In this document: one piece after another, positions 1 to 8,278 of the stretch | Layout: every line of letters starts with the position of its first letter | How positions within the stretch are numbered: position 1 is the first letter of the stretch | Assembly (NCBI GenBank): GCA_002698365.1 | Contig: NZWM01000050.1 | Span: 1 to 40,557, forward strand | DNA: 40,557 nucleotides | DNA from: Flavobacteriales bacterium | Lineage (GTDB): Bacteria; Bacteroidota; Bacteroidia; Flavobacteriales; TMED113 | Direction of reading: 5' to 3' | Made by a program: the position numbers and the translations under genes | Notes under the pieces: model-generated | Told to the model about the DNA's origin: nothing | Database searches by the model: none | The model's input: only the letters and a program-made list of their open reading frames with translations

Positions 1-879
1 TTAAGAGGTATTACACCTACATATATGGATAAAACTGGGCGAAATGGATTGCGTATAGGTGACTGTGAGTTAGATGATTTCTATGAAAGATTTCAAAACC
101 TCATTAAAAAACATAAACAACTGTTAACACATTATAATTATGAAGCTAATCTCGAAAAAGAAATTCAAGAGTGGTTTGAAGCAATAGACAAGATAAAAAC
201 AATTCCTTTTATTAATAGTGAATATTTTTTAAAAGAAGCATTGTCAAATAAAAAAAAGGTTTTAGCAGAAGGCGCTCAGGGAACATTATTAGATGTAGAT
301 TTCGGTACTTATCCATTTGTAACGTCTTCGAATACAATTTCTTCAGGAGCATGTAATGGCCTTGGTGTAGCACCAAATAAAATAAAAAATGTAATTGGGA
401 TTTTTAAAGCATATTGCACGCGAGTCGGCGCTGGACCTTTTCCCACAGAACTAAAGAATAATGAAGGTGAAATGATGGCAGAAAAAGGCAATGAATTTGG
501 TTCAACTACAGGAAGAGCAAGAAGATGCGGATGGATTGATTTACCGGCACTCAAATATGCAATTAATATTAATGGAGTTACAGAGTTGAGTATGATGAAG
601 TCCGATGTATTAAGTGGTTTTCAAAAAATAAAAGTATGCATTGGGTATGAATATATGGGAGCAAGTATTGAATATGTACCATATGATTTAAATCAAAAAT
701 CTATTAAGCCCATATATGTTGAGCTTGATGGATGGCCTGAAGACATTTCACAAATTAAATCTAAATCTGAAATACCTACAGCATTTAAGAAATATATAGA
801 TTTCCTAGAATCAGAGTTAAAAACAAAAATATCTATTATTTCTGTCGGCCCTGATAGATCTCAAACTCTATTTAGATGA
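1..879 (+). CDS. purA: Adenylosuccinate synthase, C-terminal ~290 aa (5' end lies outside the window)
   Basis: Frame 1 is open from nt 1 (LRGITPTYMDKTGRNGLRIGD...). It carries typical PurA motifs (AEGAQGTLLDVDFGTYPFVTSSN, GEFGSTTGRARRCGWIDL). It ends at a TGA that overlaps the next ATG (ATGA at 876-879). Confidence 0.95.
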   Translation, partial: LRGITPTYMDKTGRNGLRIGDCELDDFYERFQNLIKKHKQLLTHYNYEANLEKEIQEWFEAIDKIKTIPFINSEYFLKEALSNKKKVLAEGAQGTLLDVDFGTYPFVTSSNTISSGACNGLGVAPNKIKNVIGIFKAYCTRVGAGPFPTELKNNEGEMMAEKGNEFGSTTGRARRCGWIDLPALKYAININGVTELSMMKSDVLSGFQKIKVCIGYEYMGASIEYVPYDLNQKSIKPIYVELDGWPEDISQIKSKSEIPTAFKKYIDFLESELKTKISIISVGPDRSQTLFR

Positions 880-2348
880 AACACAATATTTCAAACAACG
901 CTTTAGGTCTATCTATCCTTTTGTTTTGTTTTTATCATAATGTATTTTGTCAATCAACAATCAATGTTATTCAATCTGAAAAATTAGAGCAAATTAATAT
1001 CAACGACACTATTTTTCAAAAATTTTCTGGGAATGTAATTATAGAGTATTCTGATTTAAAAATCGTTTCTGACACAATTATGATTGATGAATACCAACAC
1101 CTTGTGCGAGGTTGGGGAAACACTCATATTTTCAATGACACATTAAGTTGTCACAGTGACTCTATTAACATAAAAACCAAATTAGATCAAATTATTTTTC
1201 ATCAGAATACTTTACTGAAAACTAATAATATGGAAATAGGAAGTAATGAAATCATATATAATTATGAAAACAAGGAAGTGAAATACTTCAAAAGTGGCAA
1301 TGTTACAACAACTGATTACAGTATAGATAGCAAGGAGTTTACACATAAATTAAATACAAAAAACTCATATTTTAATAAGAATGTTGAATTACAAAATGAA
1401 GAATATTCTATTGTCTCCGAAAGTATTGATCAATCAGAAGAAAAAATCATATTTTCCGGTAACACAATTATACAACATATTGATTTTCAAATAAATTGCA
1501 AAAACGGATTTCTTGAAAAATCAAAAACACTTGAATTATCTAATGGTGTAACTGTACATTTTGAAAATCAATCAATCAAAGCAAATAGATTAAAAAGAAA
1601 TGTAAAAACAAAAGAAAATTATTTTAATGATGATGTACATATAATAATCAATCAAAACAAACATGTTTTTGGACAAAAACTACATCAAATAAATAATACA
1701 TCAACAATAACTAAGAATCCTTATATCAAATTACTCAATGAAAAAGACACAACTTTTATTAAAGCTGAAACAATAAAAATAGATCAAGATGAAAATCTAT
1801 TGCTAGATAAAAACGTAACCATTTATAACAAAAATTTACAAGGTAAATGTAACACTATGGATTTCCAATCTAACAATAGAGAAATTAATATGAATACTAG
1901 ACCTGTCTTATGGTTTAACAACATCCAAATAACTGGAGAAAAAATACAACTATATACTCATGAAAATACTATAGATAGCATATATATACCAACTAAAGCT
2001 TTTATTATATCACAAGTGGATTCTTCTAAATATTATAATCAAATAAAAGGAAGGGAATTAGAGGGCAAAATCCAAGACAACCACATACAATATGCTAACA
2101 TATCTAGAAATGGTGAATTAATATATTTTAAAAAAAATAAGAAGAAAAAAAGAACTAGTGTCAATCATGTTCAAGCAGGTAATATTGAATTGTTTTTTGA
2201 GCAAAATAGTATTAAGGAAGTTCTATGTGTTGATCAAATAGACTCTAAATATACTGAAGTAGACACAATAGATGTTAGTAAAAATCTGACCCAAATGTAT
2301 TTAGATGGATTTAAATTAGAAACAAACAATATTAACATGATGTTTTAA
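876..2348 (+). CDS. Hypothetical secreted or periplasmic protein, Asn/Ile/Lys-rich (possibly OstA/LptA-like, not verified)
   Basis: A 490-aa ORF translationally coupled to purA by an ATGA overlap. The N-terminus has a hydrophobic signal-like segment (LGLSILLFCFYHNVFCQ). I recognise no catalytic motif. Confidence 0.6.
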   Translation: MKHNISNNALGLSILLFCFYHNVFCQSTINVIQSEKLEQININDTIFQKFSGNVIIEYSDLKIVSDTIMIDEYQHLVRGWGNTHIFNDTLSCHSDSINIKTKLDQIIFHQNTLLKTNNMEIGSNEIIYNYENKEVKYFKSGNVTTTDYSIDSKEFTHKLNTKNSYFNKNVELQNEEYSIVSESIDQSEEKIIFSGNTIIQHIDFQINCKNGFLEKSKTLELSNGVTVHFENQSIKANRLKRNVKTKENYFNDDVHIIINQNKHVFGQKLHQINNTSTITKNPYIKLLNEKDTTFIKAETIKIDQDENLLLDKNVTIYNKNLQGKCNTMDFQSNNREINMNTRPVLWFNNIQITGEKIQLYTHENTIDSIYIPTKAFIISQVDSSKYYNQIKGRELEGKIQDNHIQYANISRNGELIYFKKNKKKKRTSVNHVQAGNIELFFEQNSIKEVLCVDQIDSKYTEVDTIDVSKNLTQMYLDGFKLETNNINMMF

Positions 2349-2444
2349 CATCATTTTATAGATAAAATCTGACGTTTTTTTATAAAAAACATATAATAAA
2401 GTGCAAAAAAGTTCTTGTTATAGTTTTTTTAATATATATTTGTC

Positions 2445-2452
2445 CCTGTTAA
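2445..2452 (+). promoter_or_regulatory. Bacteroidetes-type -7 promoter box (TATATTTG) for the outer-membrane protein gene
   Basis: Exact TAnnTTTG match 29 nt upstream of the ATG at 2482, inside a 133-nt intergenic spacer. Confidence 0.45.
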
Positions 2453-2481
2453 CTAATAAAAATTATATAATTATTATTACT

Positions 2482-3156
2482 ATGAAAAAGTTTATTTTAA
2501 TGTTTGCTACTGCATGTTTGATAACATTCTCAGCAAACGCTCAAACAAAAAAAGGAACTGTACTTTTAGGTGCAGGAAGCCAGTTTTCTGGAACAGCATG
2601 GACAGATTGGCAAATAACTCCAAAGATTGGATATTTTATCCAAGATGGTTTAGCAATTGGTGCTGAAGTTCATTTTGACACTGATGATGAGTATTTCCCA
2701 GCTTTTACTGGATATCTAGTAGATAATGGAGATGGTACTTTTAGTGAAGTTGGTGCTCACAGTGATTATACACTTACTTCTAATGTAAGAAGATTTGGTG
2801 TGTTCGCTAGATACTATGCTGCTAGAAATCTATTTATGGAAGTTAGTATGAATAGTGGTACTACTCAGTCAGAAGAGTGGGTAGAAGATGTACCTGTTTT
2901 TGATGCTGCTTCAGGAGGACTTGTATTATCTGATATGGTTTTACAAGAAAGAACTCAATCTTCTCACGTTAGATTAGGTATGGGTTACACGCTGGTATGG
3001 AGAGAGCACTTCGCTGTTGAACCATTCATTCACTTAGACTTAATTGTTGATGGTGAAAGAGTTCATCCAGGTGGTGGTGCAATGCAAGCTGCAGAGACTA
3101 CTGACCTTTCAGGATCAGAGTTTATAGCAGGTGTAAACTTTAGCTTATTCTTCTAA
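2482..3156 (+). CDS. Outer-membrane beta-barrel protein (porin/OmpA-like barrel family), probably abundant
   Basis: The likely true start is the internal ATG at 2482 (MKKFILMFATACLITFSANAQ signal peptide); the track start at 2401 is further upstream. The sequence alternates Gly/aromatic-rich amphipathic stretches and ends in ...NFSLFF, a C-terminal Phe typical of OMP beta-signals. A strong terminator follows. Confidence 0.75.
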   Translation: MKKFILMFATACLITFSANAQTKKGTVLLGAGSQFSGTAWTDWQITPKIGYFIQDGLAIGAEVHFDTDDEYFPAFTGYLVDNGDGTFSEVGAHSDYTLTSNVRRFGVFARYYAARNLFMEVSMNSGTTQSEEWVEDVPVFDAASGGLVLSDMVLQERTQSSHVRLGMGYTLVWREHFAVEPFIHLDLIVDGERVHPGGGAMQAAETTDLSGSEFIAGVNFSLFF

Positions 3157-3180
3157 AAAAAAAGAATAACAAATAGAAAA

Positions 3181-3207
3181 AAGGGGTTCAATTGAACCCC
3201 TTTTTTT
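3181..3207. terminator. Bidirectional Rho-independent terminator
   Basis: Perfect palindrome GGGGTTCAATTGAACCCC (3183-3200), flanked by an A-run upstream and a T7 run downstream. It lies between convergent genes (OMP on +, 155-aa gene on -). Confidence 0.85.
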
Positions 3208-3219
3208 ATATAATGAAAA

Positions 3220-3687
3220 TTAATTAATAAACTTATTCAACCAAGTTGTTGTTACAGGCACCTTCCAATTTTGCAAAAAATCTAATTTATCCTTAACCAA
3301 AGTATTGTAGACAATAACATCTGGAGTAATAACATCTTTAAATTTTGACAATGGTAAAAGTCTTGTAATATTATTATCAACAAATAAAATATTTAATCGA
3401 TTGAAAAAATCTATATTATATTCTACTCCTATAGACTGAATCAATAAAATAGATTTATCAATCGAACAACCACTTATATTATACTCTGTTTCATCAACAA
3501 ATAATAAAATAAACCACTCATCAATCTTAAACGATGAATTAACAGGTTTATCATGAGTAGTCCAAGAATTACAAAAATCTTTAATTTTAACACTGATTTG
3601 ATTTATTTCTGTAAGATTTATTTTTCTTTCAGATTGATACACCCACACCTTAGATTTATTAGGCATTTTTGAGAATTCGATAAACAT
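3220..3687 (-). CDS. Conserved hypothetical protein (155 aa), last gene of the Fe-S operon
   Basis: ORF separated by 1 nt from the upstream CCG-domain gene. No recognisable catalytic motif. An alternative start exists at the internal Met (MPNKSKVWVYQ, nt 3666). Confidence 0.65.
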   Translation of the reverse strand: MFIEFSKMPNKSKVWVYQSERKINLTEINQISVKIKDFCNSWTTHDKPVNSSFKIDEWFILLFVDETEYNISGCSIDKSILLIQSIGVEYNIDFFNRLNILFVDNNITRLLPLSKFKDVITPDVIVYNTLVKDKLDFLQNWKVPVTTTWLNKFIN

Positions 3688-3688
3688 A

Positions 3689-4468
3689 TTATAGACTTTC
3701 GGCTTTCACAATTAATTCAGCAATATCTAAAACTTCAACAGACCCTTCCGCTAATAACTTCACACCATCTGTAATCATAGTATTACAAAAAGAACAGCCT
3801 GTAGCAATTACTTTTGTATTCATATTAAGTGCTTCTTGTGTTCGATTGATATTAATATCTTGTTTGCCTTTTTCGGGCTCTTTAAACATTTGAGCACCAC
3901 CAGCACCACAACAAAAAGAAGTTTTTTTAGACCTTGGCATCTCAACTAAATCAAATCCAATTTTTTTAATCAATTCTCTAGGTACACTAAATATATTATT
4001 TCCTCTACCTAAATAACAAGGGTCATGATAAGTGATTTTCTTGCCTTTAAAATCACCGGAAATTATTAATCTCTTATTGTTAATTAACTCATATATAAAT
4101 TCTGTATGATGCAGAACTTCATAATCACCACCCAAGCCCTTATATTCATTTTTTAGAGTATTGTAGTCATGAGGACATGTCGTGACAATACGCTTAATAT
4201 TATAAGAATTCATTACTTCTATATTCACCATGGCCTGCATCTGAAAAAGAAATTCATTTCCAGCACGCTTAGCAATATCCCCACTAGCAGATTCCTCAAG
4301 ACCTAATACACCAAATTTAACATTAGCTTGGTTCATAATTTTAACAAAGGCTTTAGTTATCTTTTTTGCACGATCATCAAAACTACCAGCAGATCCAACC
4401 CAAAATAAAACTTCGGGAGTCTGACCTTTGGATCTCCATTCCGACATTGTTGTAACAGTTAAATTCAT
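3689..4468 (-). CDS. (Fe-S)-binding oxidoreductase subunit with two cysteine-rich CCG domains (HdrD/GlpC/LutA-like C-terminal half)
   Basis: Cys motifs TTCPHDYN...HDPCYLGR and SFCCGAGGAQ...ATGCSFCN match the duplicated CCG-domain pattern. Confidence 0.8.
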   Translation of the reverse strand: MNLTVTTMSEWRSKGQTPEVLFWVGSAGSFDDRAKKITKAFVKIMNQANVKFGVLGLEESASGDIAKRAGNEFLFQMQAMVNIEVMNSYNIKRIVTTCPHDYNTLKNEYKGLGGDYEVLHHTEFIYELINNKRLIISGDFKGKKITYHDPCYLGRGNNIFSVPRELIKKIGFDLVEMPRSKKTSFCCGAGGAQMFKEPEKGKQDININRTQEALNMNTKVIATGCSFCNTMITDGVKLLAEGSVEVLDIAELIVKAESL

Positions 4469-4469
4469 A

Positions 4470-4892
4470 TTATTTAAAAACTTGAATTTTTACATTTTTT
4501 TCTACTAAATCTGTAAAGGCACCTTCATATCTAGTAGCTCTAACTATATGATTATCAATCCAATGATAATTTCCGCCCCTAGGCTTATCCATTAATAAAC
4601 CATGGTATTTAAATTTATTATCATTTAGCCATTTTTCTGTAACATCCCTGTGCTGCTCTAATCTTGAAGTAAAAAAAGTAATAATATGGCCTTCATCATA
4701 CCATTTATTGAGTGTTTGTAATGCTTCTGGGTAAACATTAGCGGTAACCATTCTTTCAGGCTGTTCATTTGGAATGTCATCACAAATAGTACCATCTATA
4801 TCTATTAAATAATTTTTAATATGTTTAGGTAAAACAGGACTAATATGCTGTCCTTCAATAACTTTTTCAATTAATTTTATTTTTTTATTCAT
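4470..4892 (-). CDS. Small cap-less HAD-superfamily phosphatase (140 aa)
   Basis: DxDGT nucleophile motif (LIDIDGTICDD), a conserved Ser/Thr motif (FFTSR), and late Lys/Asp motifs (MDKPRGG...WIDN). The start overlaps the upstream stop by 8 nt (ATGAATAA), and 1 nt separates it from the downstream gene. Confidence 0.75.
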   Translation of the reverse strand: MNKKIKLIEKVIEGQHISPVLPKHIKNYLIDIDGTICDDIPNEQPERMVTANVYPEALQTLNKWYDEGHIITFFTSRLEQHRDVTEKWLNDNKFKYHGLLMDKPRGGNYHWIDNHIVRATRYEGAFTDLVEKNVKIQVFK

Positions 4893-6216
4893 CTTCTTTC
4901 CATTTTAAACGATCAGAGGCGGGAAACTGCCAAGGAGCACCATTGTTTTCTATATTTGAAAAAACCGAATTTAATTCAGCAGGAGCCCCTGCTTCTTCCA
5001 TGACTAAATATCGTCGTAAATCAATAATAATTGATAATGGATCTATATTTAAAGGACAAGCCTCAACGCATGCATTACAGGATGTACAGGCCCACAATTC
5101 CTCGGGAGATATAAAGTCGTTCAACAGGCTTTTTTCATCAGCAAAATTTTCACCATGTTTATCAATACCTTTAGACAACTGTTCAGTTCTATCACGTACA
5201 TCCATCATAATTTTTCTTGGGGACAATTTTTTTCCCGTGACATTCGCAGGACACTCCGATGTACAACGTCCACATTCTGTACAAGAATATGCATTTAATA
5301 ACTGCACCCATGTTAAATCAGTAACATCCTTGGCACCAAATCTAGCTGGACTTGAAGTGTTTTCTGGTTGAGAAAAAGGATCTGAATTAGGATCTAACAT
5401 AATTTTAACTTCGTTGGTAACAGAAGACATGTTATTAAATTGACCTTTTGGCGTTAACGAAGCATAATATGTATTAGGAAACGCAAGAATTATATGTAAA
5501 TGTTTAGAAATAACTAAATAATTTAAAAAACCGAAAATTCCAAGTATATGAGACCACCAGAAAAATTTAAAAATAAAATAAAGAGAGGAAAATGACATAG
5601 AGTGAAAATATGGAGCTAGTAATCCACTTATCCAAAAATCAGATCCAGTGCCTGGCCAATCTTTATTAACATGACCCATGGCTAAATCAGCGGCATTCAT
5701 AATCAAAAAGGCTGACATTAAGAGAATTTCGAAAATTAAAATAAGATTAGCATCAGATGTAGGCCAACCTTCCATTTCCTTATTGTGAAACCGTGATATT
5801 CGAATAATATTTCGTCTAATTAAAAATATTATACAAGACACCAAAACTAATAATGCTAATACTTCAAAAGAATTAATTAAAAAATTATACCAACCAGCCC
5901 AATTAGGAGAATATAATATACGATGAGTACCTAGAATACCATCCAGTATAATTTCTATAATCTCTATATTGATAATAACAAAACCTAAATAAATAATAAG
6001 ATGAAGAACAGCAACCAGAGGTTTTTTGAACATTTTTTTCTGACCAAAAGCAATAAAAAATACATTTTTCCATCTTGCTTTTTTATCAGTAAATTCGCCA
6101 GCACTTTTTCCAAGGTTAATATTTCTAATAATTTTAGAAAAATTTTTATAAAAAAGAGCACAACTTAAACATAAAGTGATGAAAAAAATGATACTACCAA
6201 CTTCAATTGAAAACAT
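4885..6216 (-). CDS. Integral-membrane 4Fe-4S dicluster protein (N-terminal multi-TM domain fused to a 2x[4Fe-4S] ferredoxin domain)
   Basis: About 5 hydrophobic helices with conserved His residues in the first ~250 aa. Two CxxCxxCxxxCP motifs follow (CTECGRCTSECP, CTSCNACVEACP). Confidence 0.8.
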   Translation of the reverse strand: MFSIEVGSIIFFITLCLSCALFYKNFSKIIRNINLGKSAGEFTDKKARWKNVFFIAFGQKKMFKKPLVAVLHLIIYLGFVIINIEIIEIILDGILGTHRILYSPNWAGWYNFLINSFEVLALLVLVSCIIFLIRRNIIRISRFHNKEMEGWPTSDANLILIFEILLMSAFLIMNAADLAMGHVNKDWPGTGSDFWISGLLAPYFHSMSFSSLYFIFKFFWWSHILGIFGFLNYLVISKHLHIILAFPNTYYASLTPKGQFNNMSSVTNEVKIMLDPNSDPFSQPENTSSPARFGAKDVTDLTWVQLLNAYSCTECGRCTSECPANVTGKKLSPRKIMMDVRDRTEQLSKGIDKHGENFADEKSLLNDFISPEELWACTSCNACVEACPLNIDPLSIIIDLRRYLVMEEAGAPAELNSVFSNIENNGAPWQFPASDRLKWKEDE

Positions 6217-6231
6217 ACTTTAAAAGTAATA

Positions 6232-7125
6232 TTATTTATTAGATTTTTTATCACCACCCCACAATGAAATATTAACATATTTCTTGGGGTTTTCCTTTAT
6301 ATCAACAAGTAAATCATCAAAACTATTTAAAGTATTTGCAAGTTCATTAAAAATAGAATCATTATAAATAAATTTACCAAAACTACCTTGTTCTGAATTC
6401 ATATTCTTTAATAATACGTCTAATTGCTCAGAAACTGACAAAATATTATCTGAGAGACTCTTAAATTCAATTCCTGCTGCTTCATTACTAATTTTAGATA
6501 TATTTACCAAAATACCATCTATGGTTTTTACATGTGAATCTACTAACTCTGAAACAGCTGCAATATTTTGCACACTATGAGCCACACGCTCTTCGTTTTG
6601 TGATAATATTCTATTTGCTGTATTAGACAATTCATTAATTTCTTTTAGAACCTTATCAAAAGAAATAATTAATTGATCCAATCCAACTTTCATTGAACCA
6701 AACTGCTCAGTCACCTCATTAGTTAAACCACTTGCTCTAGACCCAAGTAAAGTATCTCCACTAACGGCCATTTGTTGACCATCTAACACTTTTAACTCTA
6801 AAGATTTTGAGCCCATCAAATCTGAATCATAAATTTCTAAAATAGAATTATTAGAAAATTCAATATCTTCTTCAATAGCAACTTCAACAATTAAATTACC
6901 ACTTTTAGTAGAGTTAAATGTAATATTAGACACTTGACCAACCCTAAATCCATTCATTGTAACAGGGCGAGAAATAGTTAATCCATCTACATTCTCATAA
7001 ATAGAGTAAAAAAATTTTTTATTTGAGAATATATTTTCTCCTTTCAAAAAATTAATACCCCAATACAAAACAGTTAGTAAAATACATGTAAAAAGACCTA
7101 TTAACAGTTCATTTGATTTTTTCAA
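6232..7125 (-). CDS. MlaD/MCE-family protein
   Basis: N-terminal TM anchor followed by an MCE-like segment (DGLTISRPVTMNGFRVGQVSNI) and a helical C-terminal region. Confidence 0.75.
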   Translation of the reverse strand: MKKSNELLIGLFTCILLTVLYWGINFLKGENIFSNKKFFYSIYENVDGLTISRPVTMNGFRVGQVSNITFNSTKSGNLIVEVAIEEDIEFSNNSILEIYDSDLMGSKSLELKVLDGQQMAVSGDTLLGSRASGLTNEVTEQFGSMKVGLDQLIISFDKVLKEINELSNTANRILSQNEERVAHSVQNIAAVSELVDSHVKTIDGILVNISKISNEAAGIEFKSLSDNILSVSEQLDVLLKNMNSEQGSFGKFIYNDSIFNELANTLNSFDDLLVDIKENPKKYVNISLWGGDKKSNK

Positions 7126-7160
7126 AGCTATATAGTTTAATTAGACAAAAGATATGAAAT

Positions 7161-8234
7161 TTAGTTTAAAATTGATAATGCATCTGATAATGAAATTTTT
7201 TGACCATTTAATATAGCTATTGTAAAAAAATCATTATAGCCATAAGATATAAGTTTTTTCTTTAAAACAGATATTTCTTCTAATGTTTCCACCTTACCAA
7301 AGGTATACTTATATTGACCGCCTTCATTAAATTCAAAAATCATTTCTTTTTCTTTAATACTAAACTCTTTTTTGAAAGCAGATGATAAAAACTGTACGCT
7401 GAAAAACAATTCATGATTATCAACAGATTTCGTTTTCGTTTCTAAAATCACCGTTTCCATTTCTGTTTTATAATCCTTAATTGCCCTGAAAATTGCTGAA
7501 GCCATGTAGATTTTTCCATTTTTAGTATTTAGAAAATCCTCTTCTTTATGATTCGTTAAAAAACCTAACTCTATTAAAACACTAGGCATTGTAGCACGAC
7601 TTAACACTAGGAAACCTGCTTGCTTCACACCTCGATCCTTGCGGCCTACTCTATTTTTAAATTGATTTTGAATCTTACTAGCTAACAATAAACTATTATT
7701 TAGGTGATTTGATTGATACATCGAAAGTGCAATATAGGATTCAGGTTCTGATGGATTGAATCCTTCATAATTGACATTATAATTATCCTCCATTAAAATC
7801 GAAGAATTTTCTCTAATTGCAACATTTAAATTACTTGTAGTTTTATGCAACCCCATAACATATGTTGTAGATCCATAAACACCCTTATCGCGAAAAGCAT
7901 CACAATGTATAGATAAAAATAAGTCTGATTGGGCCTCATTAGCAATACGAGTTCGTTCAGACAACTTAATAAACTTATCTGTTTCTCTAGTGTAAATCAC
8001 ATTAACTTCGGGAAATTCTTCCTTTATATAGTTTCCCAACAATAAAGACACCTCTAACACAATATCTTTTTCTGCAGATTTATAGCGACTAGTTCCTAAA
8101 GTCCCTGGATCTTTTCCTCCATGTCCTGGATCAATAACAACTGTTTTAATACCCAAGTTATTACTCTGAGCCTGAATAGAATCAAAAGAATAAACAATTA
8201 AAAGTGTAAGAAATACTTGAATTAGTCGTTTCAA
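7161..8234 (-). CDS. N-acetylmuramoyl-L-alanine amidase (Amidase_3) with a C-terminal SPOR-like domain
   Basis: Signal peptide, then VVIDPGHGGKDPGT...SIHCDA...RATMPSVLIELGFLTN (Amidase_3 zinc ligand pattern). The C-terminal ~80 aa look SPOR-like. Confidence 0.85.
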   Translation of the reverse strand: MKRLIQVFLTLLIVYSFDSIQAQSNNLGIKTVVIDPGHGGKDPGTLGTSRYKSAEKDIVLEVSLLLGNYIKEEFPEVNVIYTRETDKFIKLSERTRIANEAQSDLFLSIHCDAFRDKGVYGSTTYVMGLHKTTSNLNVAIRENSSILMEDNYNVNYEGFNPSEPESYIALSMYQSNHLNNSLLLASKIQNQFKNRVGRKDRGVKQAGFLVLSRATMPSVLIELGFLTNHKEEDFLNTKNGKIYMASAIFRAIKDYKTEMETVILETKTKSVDNHELFFSVQFLSSAFKKEFSIKEKEMIFEFNEGGQYKYTFGKVETLEEISVLKKKLISYGYNDFFTIAILNGQKISLSDALSILN

Positions 8235-8278
8235 TTATAAAAATATTACCTTAATTAGAGTAATATAAATAAAGTTTT

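Noticed and set aside
3183-3200. GGGGTTCAATTGAACCCC superficially resembles a tRNA T-arm (GGTTCAA).
   Set aside because: It is a perfect 18-nt palindrome flanked by A- and T-runs, with no acceptor, D or anticodon arms around it. It is a terminator, not a tRNA.
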